Positions 18,888 through 28,989 of a stretch of DNA of 64,000 nt are shown piece by piece. Position 1 is the stretch's first letter; each line of letters begins with the position of its first letter. The notes beneath the pieces are model-generated. The model had not been told where the DNA came from. It did no database searches and was given only the letters and a program-made list of their open reading frames with translations. Source of the DNA: Candidatus Amesbacteria bacterium (GTDB taxonomy: Bacteria > Patescibacteriota > Microgenomatia > CAZETR01 > Amesbacteraceae); NCBI GenBank assembly GCA_027371535.1, contig DAHXMV010000001.1:172825-236824 (forward strand), read 5' to 3'. The translations under genes and the position numbers were made by a program.

Positions 18888-19967
18888 TTAATTTTTTAAC
18901 ATCCGGACTTCGGCATCAACAAATTCTTCTATGTTGCCATCCAAAACACTGTCCGCCTGGGAAGTTTCCACTGCAGTTCTTAGATCTTTGACCATTTTAT
19001 AAGGGTGCAGGACATAAGAACGGATCTGGTTACCCCAGGAAGCAGCTTTATAGTTGCCTTTGAGACTTTTTTCCTCGGAACCGCGTTGTTCCTGTTTTAA
19101 CTGCCAAAGTTTGGCCTTTAAAAGAGACATGGCAATTTTACGGTTCTGTTCCTGAAAGCGCTGCGTCTGACACTGGACCGAGATACCGGTGGGTTTGTGG
19201 GTCAGCCTGACTGCCGTAGAAACCTTATTAACATTCTGGCCGCCATGACCGGTAGCCCGGAAGGCTTCAAATACTATGTCATCGGATTTAATTTCGATCT
19301 GGTCATCGATTTCAGGAAGTTCAGGCAATACTTCCACCAGGGCAAAAGAGGTCTGACGCAGATTATCGGCATTAAAAGGAGACTGTCTGACCAACCTGTG
19401 GGTGCCCCGCTCCCCCACCAAGAAACCGTAAGCATACGGACCGGTGACGGTGAAGGTTACCGACTTGAATCCGGCCTCTTCACCGGAATTTTGCTCCACC
19501 ACTTCCACTCCCCAACCCCGGGATTCACAAAATTTAAGGTACATTCTCAAAAGCATAGCAGACCAGTCCATGGCTTCTACCCCGCCCTGGCCGGCATGAA
19601 TGGATACAATGGCGTTATCAGCATCGTATGGACCATTTAAAAAGGTGGACATTTCGATTTTTTCCAGCTGCCGGGAAAGCCGGTGGACGTTTTTTTGCAT
19701 TTCTTCCGTTTCTCCCACCATGTCGATTAATTCCAGGGCTTCATCCAAATCTGTCCCCAGTTTGGCGATTTTTGTCTGTTCATCCTGCAAAAAAGCCAGC
19801 CTTTTCATAGTATTCTGAGCCCGGTCCCTGTCAGTCCAGAAGTCCGGGTGCAGGGTTTGGGCTTCCAATTCCCTTATTTGCCGTTCCCTGGTGACAGGGT
19901 CGAGTTTGGTCTGAATCTGACTGAAACGATTTCCCAGATCCAGAATTGTGGTTTTAAGCTCGTTCAT
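18888..19967 (-). CDS. prfB: Peptide chain release factor 2
   Basis: SPF motif (RQSPFN), [20 protein letters not shown]; start 19967 preceded by TATAAT. Confidence 0.96.
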   Translation of the reverse strand: MNELKTTILDLGNRFSQIQTKLDPVTRERQIRELEAQTLHPDFWTDRDRAQNTMKRLAFLQDEQTKIAKLGTDLDEALELIDMVGETEEMQKNVHRLSRQLEKIEMSTFLNGPYDADNAIVSIHAGQGGVEAMDWSAMLLRMYLKFCESRGWGVEVVEQNSGEEAGFKSVTFTVTGPYAYGFLVGERGTHRLVRQSPFNADNLRQTSFALVEVLPELPEIDDQIEIKSDDIVFEAFRATGHGGQNVNKVSTAVRLTHKPTGISVQCQTQRFQEQNRKIAMSLLKAKLWQLKQEQRGSEEKSLKGNYKAASWGNQIRSYVLHPYKMVKDLRTAVETSQADSVLDGNIEEFVDAEVRMLKN

Positions 19968-19992
19968 TAGCTGATTATAGCGGAAAGATGGC

Positions 19993-20340
19993 TCATTTCG
20001 CCGAAGACGTAGCAGCAGGCTGACAAACAAAACTTTTTAACTGGTTAAGCTGGTCGGGGGGTAAATTCCTGACTAAATTGACCAGTGTATCCAGGCTGGT
20101 ATCGGTAATTTTAACTCCCAGGACCACCGGGGAGGTCCCGCCGTGAGTTATCAGATTATCCAGTGTTTGGCTGATTTTCTTCGTAGCATCGGCAATATTT
20201 ATGTCTCTAACCCGGGTAAGATTTTTCAGACTCAGCCCGGGAGAGGATTTATTTAATTTGGGGATGACAAAGAACAGGAGAAGGACGACAATCCCCAAAA
20301 AAACAATGATTTTGAGCAGAAAACCAAACATAATAATCAA
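19993..20340 (-). CDS. Single-TM hypothetical protein
   Basis: N-terminal hydrophobic helix; fills the gap between prfB and nrnA. Confidence 0.6.
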   Translation of the reverse strand: MIIMFGFLLKIIVFLGIVVLLLFFVIPKLNKSSPGLSLKNLTRVRDINIADATKKISQTLDNLITHGGTSPVVLGVKITDTSLDTLVNLVRNLPPDQLNQLKSFVCQPAATSSAK

Positions 20341-20380
20341 GGTTTAGAATACCGCCGAATTTGGTACTGGTCAAACTTAA

Positions 20381-21436
20381 TTAGGACGGGGTACCCAATT
20401 CAGGATAACTTTGTGATATCAGATTGATTAAAAGTTTTTCGGCATCGGCTGCTGACATGTTGACATCAGCAGCAGCCGCGTGAGGATGCCCTCCGCCATT
20501 TTTAATTTTTCTGGCAATAACACTGACATCCCGGAATTCAGAAAGGTTATTTGAACGCAGACTGATTTTGAAAGCTTCCGGTTTTTTCTGGTAGATTACC
20601 GAAATAATTGAAGTATTTAAAACAAAAGAAAAATTATTACAAATATATTCTTTAATGCTGTCTATATATTCCGGCGGTACGTTGAATCGCGCTAGTATTT
20701 CATAGTCAACTTTGAAAATGGCGACCTTTGAATTAAAGAGCATTCTGGCATTGGCAATTACAAAACTGGCACATTCCAATACCCGGGGGTCAATACTTTT
20801 TAATTTCCAGGCCACTTCCGGCACGTTCAAATGACCCAAATTAACTAAATCCAGGGCAGATTTGAACGTTTGCGGACTGACGGAGCCTGAATAAATGAAC
20901 TGGCCGGTATCGGAAAACAAACCGGCAAACAAACAAACTGCTGCCGGAGGATTTATCTGCCAATTACATTTCAGGGATAAGAGGTAGACTATTTCGGCAG
21001 TGCATGTCCCTTCGGGAATAACCAGATTGATCTGACCGAAAGATTTATTTGAGGGATGATGGTCGATGACCAGAATAGGGATTTTTACAGGTAAAATAAC
21101 TTCCTCCAAACGGGTAAGGCGATTGAGATTTTCACAATCCGGACAGATTAACAGGTCGAAATCAGACCAGGAAATATCAGCAATATTTTTAATCAAGACT
21201 TCATTAACACCGGGGTATATTTCAGGAAACCTGGTTATTTCCGGATTTAATTTTTCTGTACTGAATACGGTCACATTCTTCCCCAAATTCTCCAGGATAT
21301 GTTTTAGGCTCAGGGCACTACCCAAAGAATCGGGATCGGCTCCCACATGGGTACCAATCAAAATTTCATGACTGTTATTTATCAGGGATATAATTTGAGG
21401 AGCAAGTTCTGTAATGGGATCGAACAGCATAATCAA
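20381..21436 (-). CDS. nrnA: DHH family phosphoesterase (NrnA-like)
   Basis: H..ADPDSLGS, IDHH, SDTG, GGGHPHAA. Confidence 0.88.
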   Translation of the reverse strand: MIMLFDPITELAPQIISLINNSHEILIGTHVGADPDSLGSALSLKHILENLGKNVTVFSTEKLNPEITRFPEIYPGVNEVLIKNIADISWSDFDLLICPDCENLNRLTRLEEVILPVKIPILVIDHHPSNKSFGQINLVIPEGTCTAEIVYLLSLKCNWQINPPAAVCLFAGLFSDTGQFIYSGSVSPQTFKSALDLVNLGHLNVPEVAWKLKSIDPRVLECASFVIANARMLFNSKVAIFKVDYEILARFNVPPEYIDSIKEYICNNFSFVLNTSIISVIYQKKPEAFKISLRSNNLSEFRDVSVIARKIKNGGGHPHAAAADVNMSAADAEKLLINLISQSYPELGTPS

Positions 21437-21960
21437 AGATGAATTTTATCAGGATAATCGGTAGTGTATAGTCTGGCAAAAGATTTACGGGCACGATAAA
21501 GACGGCCTTCCAGTTTCCTTGGTGAGAGCCCGAGACGGAAACAAATTTCTTTGGCAGACAGATCCTGATAGTATTTCATGTGCAGTAACTGCCGGTATTT
21601 TTCTGGCAGGATGTTTAAACAGGCATTGACGGAAGTGCAGAGTTCTTCCAGACTGAGGCGTTCATCAGGAGTTAATGACGGATCTACCAGTGTGTTGAAT
21701 TTTTCCAGCGACGGAGCAACTATTTTAGATTTATAGTGAATTTCCCGACGGTAATAATCTGCCAACCGATTTAAAGAAATCTTACATAACCAGGTGAAGT
21801 AACTGCTTTTGTGACGAAAGGCCCGGAAAGATATAAAGGCAGAGATAAATGTATCCTGGACTACAGACTCGGCAATTTCCAAATCTCCCCCTGTATGTTT
21901 CAGCAAAAAATGCAGTATGGGACGGCTGAATTTGCGGTAATTAACTGTCAGATTATCCAT
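21433..21960 (-). CDS. ECF (sigma-24 type) RNA polymerase sigma factor
   Basis: AESVVQDTF, YFTWLCKISLN, LPEKYRQLLHMKYYQDLSAKEI, RLYRARK; start MDNLT at 21960. Confidence 0.88.
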   Translation of the reverse strand: MDNLTVNYRKFSRPILHFLLKHTGGDLEIAESVVQDTFISAFISFRAFRHKSSYFTWLCKISLNRLADYYRREIHYKSKIVAPSLEKFNTLVDPSLTPDERLSLEELCTSVNACLNILPEKYRQLLHMKYYQDLSAKEICFRLGLSPRKLEGRLYRARKSFARLYTTDYPDKIHL

Positions 21961-21977
21961 ATTTTTGGTTTTTGAGG

Positions 21978-22015
21978 TAAAATCAGGTACAGCGCTTAAC
22001 ACTTGAGCGCTTTTT
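21978..22015 (+). promoter_or_regulatory. -10 element followed by a leader hairpin and T-tract upstream of typA
   Basis: TAAAAT at 21978-21983; stem AGCGCTTAA-CAC-TTGAGCGCT at 21991-22011, then TTTT, then ATG at 22018. Confidence 0.5.
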
Positions 22016-22017
22016 AT

Positions 22018-23856
22018 ATGATATCTGACATCAGAAATATTGCAATTATCGCCCATGTGGACCATGGAAAAACCACCCTGGTAGACGGGATGCTGAAACA
22101 GACCCATGAATTTCGGGAAAACCAGGCAGAAATGCAACAAACAACAATTTTAGACAGCAATGCCCTGGAAAGAGAAAAAGGGATCACAATTCTGGCTAAA
22201 AATACAGCGGTATTTTACAAAGGGGTAAAAATAAATATTATTGATACTCCGGGACATGCCGATTTCGGGGGCGAAGTGGAACGGGTTCTTAACATGGCCG
22301 ATGCGGCTTTATTGATTGTAGACGCAGCTGAAGGACCGCTGCCGCAAACTAAATTTGTGCTGCAAAAGGCCCTGCACACCGGATTAAAAATTATCCTGGT
22401 AATTAACAAAATCGACAAAAAAGACGCCCGGGTAAATGAAGTACTGGCTGAGTCTGAAGAGTTATTTTTGAAGCTGGCCACCAATACCCAGCATCTGGAT
22501 TTTCCGGTAATTTATGCGGTCGGACGGGACGGCAAAGCCTTTGACCGGTGTCCCGAAATTTATAATCCAAATGCACCGGGAGATCTGACACCACTGTTTG
22601 ATCTGATTCTGAAAGAGGTGCCCAATGCAGTAACAGGGACAGAAGAGCCGCTGCAAATGCTGATTTCGACACTGGACTTTGATAATCATCTGGGCAAATT
22701 GGGAATCGGCAGAATCCGAAGGGGGAAAATTTTCAAAGGCCAGAGAGTGGTGCAGTTAACCCCGGAAAAAATCTTAGGCACATTTGTGATTGAAAAACTT
22801 TATACCAGCCACGGGATTGTCCGGGAAGAAATTGATGAGGCCGGCAGCGGGGATATTATTACTCTCGCCGGGGTCAAAGACATCGAAATCGGGCAGACAA
22901 TCTGTGATCCGGCCGTTCCCCTGGCTTTACCGACAATCACAGTCGAAGAGCCGACTCTGAAAATTACCATCGGGGCAAATACCTCCCCATTTGCCGGAAG
23001 AGAAGGCAAGTTTGTTACCAGCAGACAGATCGGTGAAAGATTAACCAGAGAAAAAGAGACGAACCTAGGCCTAAGAATTAATGAAATCGGCGGAGGGATA
23101 TTCGAGGTAGCCGGACGGGGAGAACTTCATCTGGCAATTCTGATTGAAACCATGAGGCGGGAGGGCTATGAGATGGAGGTGTCCAAACCGCAGGTGATTT
23201 TAAAAAACGGCCTGGAACCATACGACGAAGTGGCCATTGAAGTACCCGATGAATACGTAGGCGAAATCACCAGCGAGATGGGCAAACGCCGGGGGGAAAT
23301 GCTGGATATGAAAGCCGACGGTAAGGGCGACACAAAAATGGTTTATAAAATTTCCCAACGGAACATGATCGGAGCCAGAAATACTTTGCTGACTGCTACC
23401 AGGGGCACAGCAGTGTTAAATAACGTATTTGCGGGATATGACCAGCCAGGGCCGGTTATCGGGGATTTAAGAAACGGCGTTCTGACTGCATTCGAAACCG
23501 GTAAAGCGCTGGCTTATTCTCTGGAGGCGGCCCAGCAGAGAGGGGTGACATTTATAGAACCCAACGAAGAGGTGTATGAAGGGATGATTGTGGGATTGAA
23601 CAACCGGGAAAATGACATCGATATGAATGTGACGAAAGGAAAACATTTAACAAACACCCGGTCGGCCAATAAGGACATCCGGACCATATTAACCCCGGCG
23701 TATAAAATGAGCCTGGAACAGGCACTGGATTTTATTGAAGATGACGAACTGCTGGAAGTGACGCCACAAAGCCTGAGGATGCGTAAAAAATTGCTCAATA
23801 AAATTGACCGGATCAGGTATAAGAGATCAGCAAATTCTCGACTTCAGTCCAATTAA
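22018..23856 (+). CDS. typA: Translational GTPase TypA/BipA
   Basis: IRNIAIIAHVDHGKTTLVD, DTPGHADFGGEVER, GRGELHL, EVTPQSLRMRK. Confidence 0.97.
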   Translation: MISDIRNIAIIAHVDHGKTTLVDGMLKQTHEFRENQAEMQQTTILDSNALEREKGITILAKNTAVFYKGVKINIIDTPGHADFGGEVERVLNMADAALLIVDAAEGPLPQTKFVLQKALHTGLKIILVINKIDKKDARVNEVLAESEELFLKLATNTQHLDFPVIYAVGRDGKAFDRCPEIYNPNAPGDLTPLFDLILKEVPNAVTGTEEPLQMLISTLDFDNHLGKLGIGRIRRGKIFKGQRVVQLTPEKILGTFVIEKLYTSHGIVREEIDEAGSGDIITLAGVKDIEIGQTICDPAVPLALPTITVEEPTLKITIGANTSPFAGREGKFVTSRQIGERLTREKETNLGLRINEIGGGIFEVAGRGELHLAILIETMRREGYEMEVSKPQVILKNGLEPYDEVAIEVPDEYVGEITSEMGKRRGEMLDMKADGKGDTKMVYKISQRNMIGARNTLLTATRGTAVLNNVFAGYDQPGPVIGDLRNGVLTAFETGKALAYSLEAAQQRGVTFIEPNEEVYEGMIVGLNNRENDIDMNVTKGKHLTNTRSANKDIRTILTPAYKMSLEQALDFIEDDELLEVTPQSLRMRKKLLNKIDRIRYKRSANSRLQSN

Positions 23857-24415
23857 CCACGTTCCACCAGGCTTCCAGGTATTCAGAGCGGCGATTCTGA
23901 TATTTGAGATAGTAAGCGTGTTCCCAAACATCAACAGCCAATAAAGGATTTTTTTGTTCTGTTAACGGTGAATCCTGATTGGAAGTTTCCATAACCGACA
24001 GATGATCATGATCAATAACCAGCCAGGCCCAGCCGCTGCCGAAGTGATTTTGAGCCACTGAAAGAAACTTTTCCCTGAATGTATCCAAATTGCCGAAATC
24101 CCGATTAATGAGCTTTAAGACTGCGGTCGTGGGAGAAGGTTTAGCCGGGCTCATCCATTTCCAAAACCGGGCATGATTATCAGCGCCACCGGCGTTGTTT
24201 TTAACTTTCTGGCGGAAATTTTCCGGCACTACCGAAGGATTTTTTAATATTTCTTCGGGACTTTTAGCTAAAAGATCCGGTAAACCCGATAATAAATCAT
24301 TGTAATTCTTTACATAAGCGGCGTGATGTTTGTCGTGGTGGAAAAGCATGGTTTGCTTATCGATATAAGGCTCCAAAGCATCTGCCGGATAAGGCAATTC
24401 GGGAAGTACAAACAT
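23813..24415 (-). CDS. sodA: Fe/Mn superoxide dismutase
   Basis: HHDKHH, FGSGWAWL, DVWEHAYYLKYQN. Confidence 0.95.
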   Translation of the reverse strand: MFVLPELPYPADALEPYIDKQTMLFHHDKHHAAYVKNYNDLLSGLPDLLAKSPEEILKNPSVVPENFRQKVKNNAGGADNHARFWKWMSPAKPSPTTAVLKLINRDFGNLDTFREKFLSVAQNHFGSGWAWLVIDHDHLSVMETSNQDSPLTEQKNPLLAVDVWEHAYYLKYQNRRSEYLEAWWNVVNWTEVENLLISYT

Positions 24416-24457
24416 ATGATTTATATTAACACAGGATAAAAAGAAAAATGTTAGAGA

Positions 24458-26920
24458 TCAGACTTTTTCCAAATGATATTTTCCCTGACCAGGGTCGGGT
24501 ATTAACCGAATATGGTCGCCGGATTTGATTTCCCCTTTTAAGATAGCCTTTCCCAGAACATCACCTAAAACAATGTCCACTACCCGGTGCATCGGCCGGG
24601 CACCAAATTCGGGTTCAAAACCGTCTTCAGCGACTTTTTTGCATAACGCGTCCGTGACTTCAAGATACAGATTCTGTTTCTTCAGATTTTCCACCAGGCT
24701 GGTCAAAGACAGGCAGGCAATACTTTCAAGTTCCGTTTGGGAGAGCGGTTTAAAAACTACCACACCGTCAAAACGGTTGAGAAATTCGGGCGAAAACAAG
24801 CCGTTTTTCTGCACATAGTTAATAATTTCCTTCTGTAATCCGTCCGGATCCATATTGGCGGAAACATACTCGCGGATTTTTTCCGCCCCGGCATTGGAGG
24901 TGGCGATGACAAACAGATGACGGGCAGAAACTTTTTTACCGAATGCATCAGTAATACTCCCCTCATCCAACAGAGATAAAAATAAATTATAGACTTCAGG
25001 AGGGGCTTTCTCGATCTCGTCCAATAATAATAGACTGGCAGGTTTATTTTTTATCGACGAAGTCAACAGACCGGGCTGATTCTTATCGATGGATCCGATC
25101 AGCCGCTCCAATCCTTCCCGTCCGGCATATTCGGCCATATCAAAACGGATGATATACTGCTCGGACCCGTAATAGACTTGGGCCAGGGTTTTAGCGGTCT
25201 GGGTTTTGCCTACACCGGTGGGCCCCAGGAAAAGAAAGGAGCCAACCGGCCGATTTTCGTTTTTAACACCTACGGTGCGTGCCCTGAGACTTTGGGCAAT
25301 TAAAGTCACGGCCTGATCCTGTCCGACCAAATTTTTATGCAACACACTTTCCAGGTCTGCCAACAGGGATTTTTCCTTCTGGGTTAAATGGGCCAGAGAA
25401 ATCCCCGTCAATTCAGCCAGGACGGAATTAACATCGTCAGGACCTGCCCGGAGAAGATTATTCTTTTCCAGATAGACGACCAGATGGTCCAATAGTTCCA
25501 GGGCTTTTTCCGGAAAAGGCGTGTCAGTGATATATTTGTCACAGCCCTCCAGCAGGGTATTTAATGACTGAACAGAAAAGACGATGTGTTTAAGTTTTTC
25601 CCAACGGGAGGCGGATTCAAAAATAATCAATAAGGCGTCTGCCTCGGAAACCGGGGGCACTTCCACGGGCTGAAAGTACTTTCTCAGGCGGTTATTAGGA
25701 AAAATAAAACGGTCATACTCAACCTGCGAACTGACGGCAATAATCTGCAGTTTTCTTTTTTCCAGATGTTTTTCCAATAAATCGGTAAAATCCATACCTT
25801 CCACATCGGGGTGGGTAAGACGGTGAAGATCCTTGATAACCAGGATAATATTTCCGGCCTGCGAAGCTTCGGAAAGAATCTCCGAAAGCTTGGTTTTTTT
25901 CTGGTTAATATCCAGGGATTGGGAAAGCAAGAAATTATAATCCAGTTCCAGAACCCGCTTATAAACCAAATCCGAACCTAATTCACCCTCCATTGCCCGT
26001 TTGGCAAATTCCAAAACCACCGTTTTTTTTCCCACTCCGGGCTGGCCAACCAAAATCACACTGTGACCTCCGGTAAGTTCCCTTTCGATACGGTTAACCA
26101 GCGATTCTCTACCGATTAGATGGTGAGAAAAATCCTGCGGCAGACTAAGGTCAGTCGAAATTTCATTCAATTTCGGGGTATATCCAAAAAGCAGTTCCAG
26201 TCCCAAACCGGGACGGCCTAGTTTCAGGTTTTCATCATCAGCTTCGGACTTATCACCGTAAACCGTGTCCCACCACCGGGCGGCCATTTTCAAATCCGCA
26301 AATGTCGCCTTTAGTTCTCTCAGCTCTTCTTCCTGCCAAACACCATCAGTGATAAATTTATTAATCAATTCTTCCAGAGTGGCCGGGATAAAACCGGAAA
26401 AATCCAAACCGGCATTTCTTGAGACAGAAATCAGGGCGGACTCTTCCAAACCGACCCGGGAAAGCCAAAATTTTCCCGGACCGGAAGACAAAAAGATACT
26501 GACCGTGTCTTCCGGGTGACGGGAGAAATTTCTTATTAAATTGGCAAATAAGCGCTGATGCTGCCTGTCACTTGTGAGATAGTAAGGGATACCTATAAAT
26601 GGCAGGCCGACCCAAAAAGCCAAACCTATCAAGCCAACCAGAAATGTGGGGGCAAATGCCAAAATACCTAATATCAACAAAAACAGTCTGACAATGGCTC
26701 CTATCCCGCGGGAAATTAGGTTATAAGAAAATTGGCGGAAAGCCTTTTCAAGATTAAAACCGATAATGGTGTCATTGTCCACCAGCCTTTTCCAGGGATA
26801 AAAAAGGGTGGGTATCAACTGCGGCAGTGAAAAATAATGCACTATCCACGCCATCAGGCGATACCATCTTTTAAGGTATAAATTCAAGCCTTCGGAATAA
26901 TGCCAGGAGATAAATTCCAT
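24458..26920 (-). CDS. ClpA/ClpB-type double AAA+ ATPase with an N-terminal membrane segment
   Basis: GPTGVGKT, LLLLDEIEKA, FSPEFLNRFD, FGARP; hydrophobic hairpin at about aa 70-112. Confidence 0.88.
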   Translation of the reverse strand: MEFISWHYSEGLNLYLKRWYRLMAWIVHYFSLPQLIPTLFYPWKRLVDNDTIIGFNLEKAFRQFSYNLISRGIGAIVRLFLLILGILAFAPTFLVGLIGLAFWVGLPFIGIPYYLTSDRQHQRLFANLIRNFSRHPEDTVSIFLSSGPGKFWLSRVGLEESALISVSRNAGLDFSGFIPATLEELINKFITDGVWQEEELRELKATFADLKMAARWWDTVYGDKSEADDENLKLGRPGLGLELLFGYTPKLNEISTDLSLPQDFSHHLIGRESLVNRIERELTGGHSVILVGQPGVGKKTVVLEFAKRAMEGELGSDLVYKRVLELDYNFLLSQSLDINQKKTKLSEILSEASQAGNIILVIKDLHRLTHPDVEGMDFTDLLEKHLEKRKLQIIAVSSQVEYDRFIFPNNRLRKYFQPVEVPPVSEADALLIIFESASRWEKLKHIVFSVQSLNTLLEGCDKYITDTPFPEKALELLDHLVVYLEKNNLLRAGPDDVNSVLAELTGISLAHLTQKEKSLLADLESVLHKNLVGQDQAVTLIAQSLRARTVGVKNENRPVGSFLFLGPTGVGKTQTAKTLAQVYYGSEQYIIRFDMAEYAGREGLERLIGSIDKNQPGLLTSSIKNKPASLLLLDEIEKAPPEVYNLFLSLLDEGSITDAFGKKVSARHLFVIATSNAGAEKIREYVSANMDPDGLQKEIINYVQKNGLFSPEFLNRFDGVVVFKPLSQTELESIACLSLTSLVENLKKQNLYLEVTDALCKKVAEDGFEPEFGARPMHRVVDIVLGDVLGKAILKGEIKSGDHIRLIPDPGQGKYHLEKV

Positions 26921-26975
26921 GCCTACTTCGATGATAGCATATGCAGATTAGCGGTTTTGGTTATAATTGAAGGAT

Positions 26976-28442
26976 ATGGTGGAAAAAAAGAGACCACTGA
27001 GGATATTGTTTGTCGGATCAGAAATGTGGCCTTACGCCAGTGCGGGGGGCCTGAGCCGGGTGATGTCTTATTTGCCCGGGGCGCTAATGAGGACAGGTGT
27101 GGATGCCCGGGTGATGATACCCAAATACGGGATGATTGATACCGAAAAATATAAGTTCAAGAAAGTGGTGATGGGATTAAAGGTACCCACGGGAAAAATT
27201 GACAAAGAGCCGATGATAATCTGTAATGTCCTTTCCCACCAGCTGCCGGGGTCGGCGCTCACCTATTTTCTGGAAAACAGAGAGTACTACGAACTCAGGG
27301 CCAATGTTTATCAATATGCGGATGATCATATCCGCTGGGGTTTACTGCAAAAAGGAGTCTGGGAGTTTATCCGGGCATATGATGATTGGGTGCCGGACAT
27401 CGTCCATTGCCATGACTGGCATACAGGCCTGACTGCGAACTTTTTTAAACAAACCTACAGAAAGATTGAAAAGCTGGATAATATAAAGACGGTTTTTACC
27501 ATTCATAATCTGGGTTTCCAGGCGCCGTACGACCACAGATTTGTGAATCCTCTTGATGAGGATAACGGTAACCGGGAGATACCGGATATACTGGACGGAG
27601 AGTTTGCAAAGCTGAATAGCATGCGCAGAGGAATCATATATTCGGATCTGGTGACCACGGTATCTCCTACATATACCAAGGAAATATTAACAAAAGATTA
27701 CGGAGAAGGTTTGGACGAGCTGTTAGCCTCGGTGAAATACAAGCTGGTGGGGATACTCAACGGTCTGGATTATGATGATTATGATCCCCTGACAGACGTA
27801 AATATCACACAAAATTACAAGAAAGGCGAATGGGTCAGCAGATTGAAGAATAAAACCGCCCTGCAACAACAGTTTAATCTGAAAAAGGGTAACGATATAC
27901 CCATGTTTGGTATCTCTTACCGTCTGACTGATCAGAAAGGACTGAACCTCGTTACCGATATTATGGAAACGATAATTAACGAATTTGATGCCCAGTTGGT
28001 GGTCAACGGTGACGGCGAAGCTATTTATAAAACTTATTTTCTGGAGCTGTATAAAAAATATCCCCAGAACATAGGGCTAAATCTGGTATACGATGAAGTA
28101 TTACCCAGACAAATATTTGCGGGAGCGGATTTTCTTTTACATCCATCAAAATTTGAGCCCTGCGGGATTGTTCAAATGGAAGCCATGGCTTACGGCTGTA
28201 TACCCATAGTCCGGGAAGTCGGCGGTCTGGCCGATACGGTGGTAGACGAAGAAAACGGATTCACCTTTTCGGAATTTAAACCGAGTTCACTGCTGTTAAC
28301 CATGGCCAGGGCGGTAGAACTGTTCAGGCACGGGGAAATAATCAAACACATGAGAGCCGCCTGTATGGAACAGGATTTTTCCTGGAAAATTGCCGCTGAA
28401 AAATATCTCAGAAATTATAAAAAGCTGGTGGGAACAAAGTAG
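26976..28442 (+). CDS. glgA: Glycogen/starch synthase (GT5)
   Basis: GGL, HCHDWHTG, TIHNLGFQ, GILNGLD, PSKFEPCG, VGGLADTV. Confidence 0.9.
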   Translation: MVEKKRPLRILFVGSEMWPYASAGGLSRVMSYLPGALMRTGVDARVMIPKYGMIDTEKYKFKKVVMGLKVPTGKIDKEPMIICNVLSHQLPGSALTYFLENREYYELRANVYQYADDHIRWGLLQKGVWEFIRAYDDWVPDIVHCHDWHTGLTANFFKQTYRKIEKLDNIKTVFTIHNLGFQAPYDHRFVNPLDEDNGNREIPDILDGEFAKLNSMRRGIIYSDLVTTVSPTYTKEILTKDYGEGLDELLASVKYKLVGILNGLDYDDYDPLTDVNITQNYKKGEWVSRLKNKTALQQQFNLKKGNDIPMFGISYRLTDQKGLNLVTDIMETIINEFDAQLVVNGDGEAIYKTYFLELYKKYPQNIGLNLVYDEVLPRQIFAGADFLLHPSKFEPCGIVQMEAMAYGCIPIVREVGGLADTVVDEENGFTFSEFKPSSLLLTMARAVELFRHGEIIKHMRAACMEQDFSWKIAAEKYLRNYKKLVGTK

Positions 28443-28976
28443 ATGGACCGTAGGCCAATAATTTTAGTGTTAGGCCAAGCCGCGGGAATATTGGGATTAT
28501 TTTTTTTCACTCTGGTAATCCTGACCAGTCCTGTACGCTTAGTGCCTTTTTTAGACAATGCGAACCTGTTAATACATGAGTCAGGACATACATTTTTTGC
28601 CCCTTTGGGGGAATTTATGGGTTTTTTGGGCGGATCACTAACGCAGTTGCTGGTCCCGGCAGCCTTTGCTCTATATTTTTGGTATTCGGGACATAAATTC
28701 TCCCTGGCGGCCTGCCTGTTTTGGACAGGGGAAAATCTGATAAATATCAGTGTCTATATCCGGGATGCCAGATCACAGTTATTACCGTTAATTAATAACG
28801 GGATTAATGATTGGAACTGGATATTGGGCAAGCTGCAGATGTTACAGTTTGACCAAGTAATCGGAGGTATTGTCTATGATGCGGGTTTGGCGATCTGCCT
28901 GGGCAGTCTGGTTTGGGCAATAATTATTTTTTATAACCGCACCAAGGGCCTACGTCTGCAAAAAACTTCCACGTGA
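28443..28976 (+). CDS. Membrane protein, M50 metallopeptidase-like
   Basis: HESGH within a TM context, DWNWIL, 4-5 TM helices. Confidence 0.6.
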   Translation: MDRRPIILVLGQAAGILGLFFFTLVILTSPVRLVPFLDNANLLIHESGHTFFAPLGEFMGFLGGSLTQLLVPAAFALYFWYSGHKFSLAACLFWTGENLINISVYIRDARSQLLPLINNGINDWNWILGKLQMLQFDQVIGGIVYDAGLAICLGSLVWAIIIFYNRTKGLRLQKTST

Positions 28977-28989
28977 TAAAATCCCGGTC

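Noticed and set aside
21961-22140. N-terminal extension of the ECF sigma ORF overlapping typA
   Set aside because: It is antisense to the conserved typA G1 motif; sigma homology begins near Met at 21960.
23813-23856. 44-bp convergent overlap of typA and sod
   Set aside because: Short tail overlaps are common in compact genomes, and both proteins are complete.
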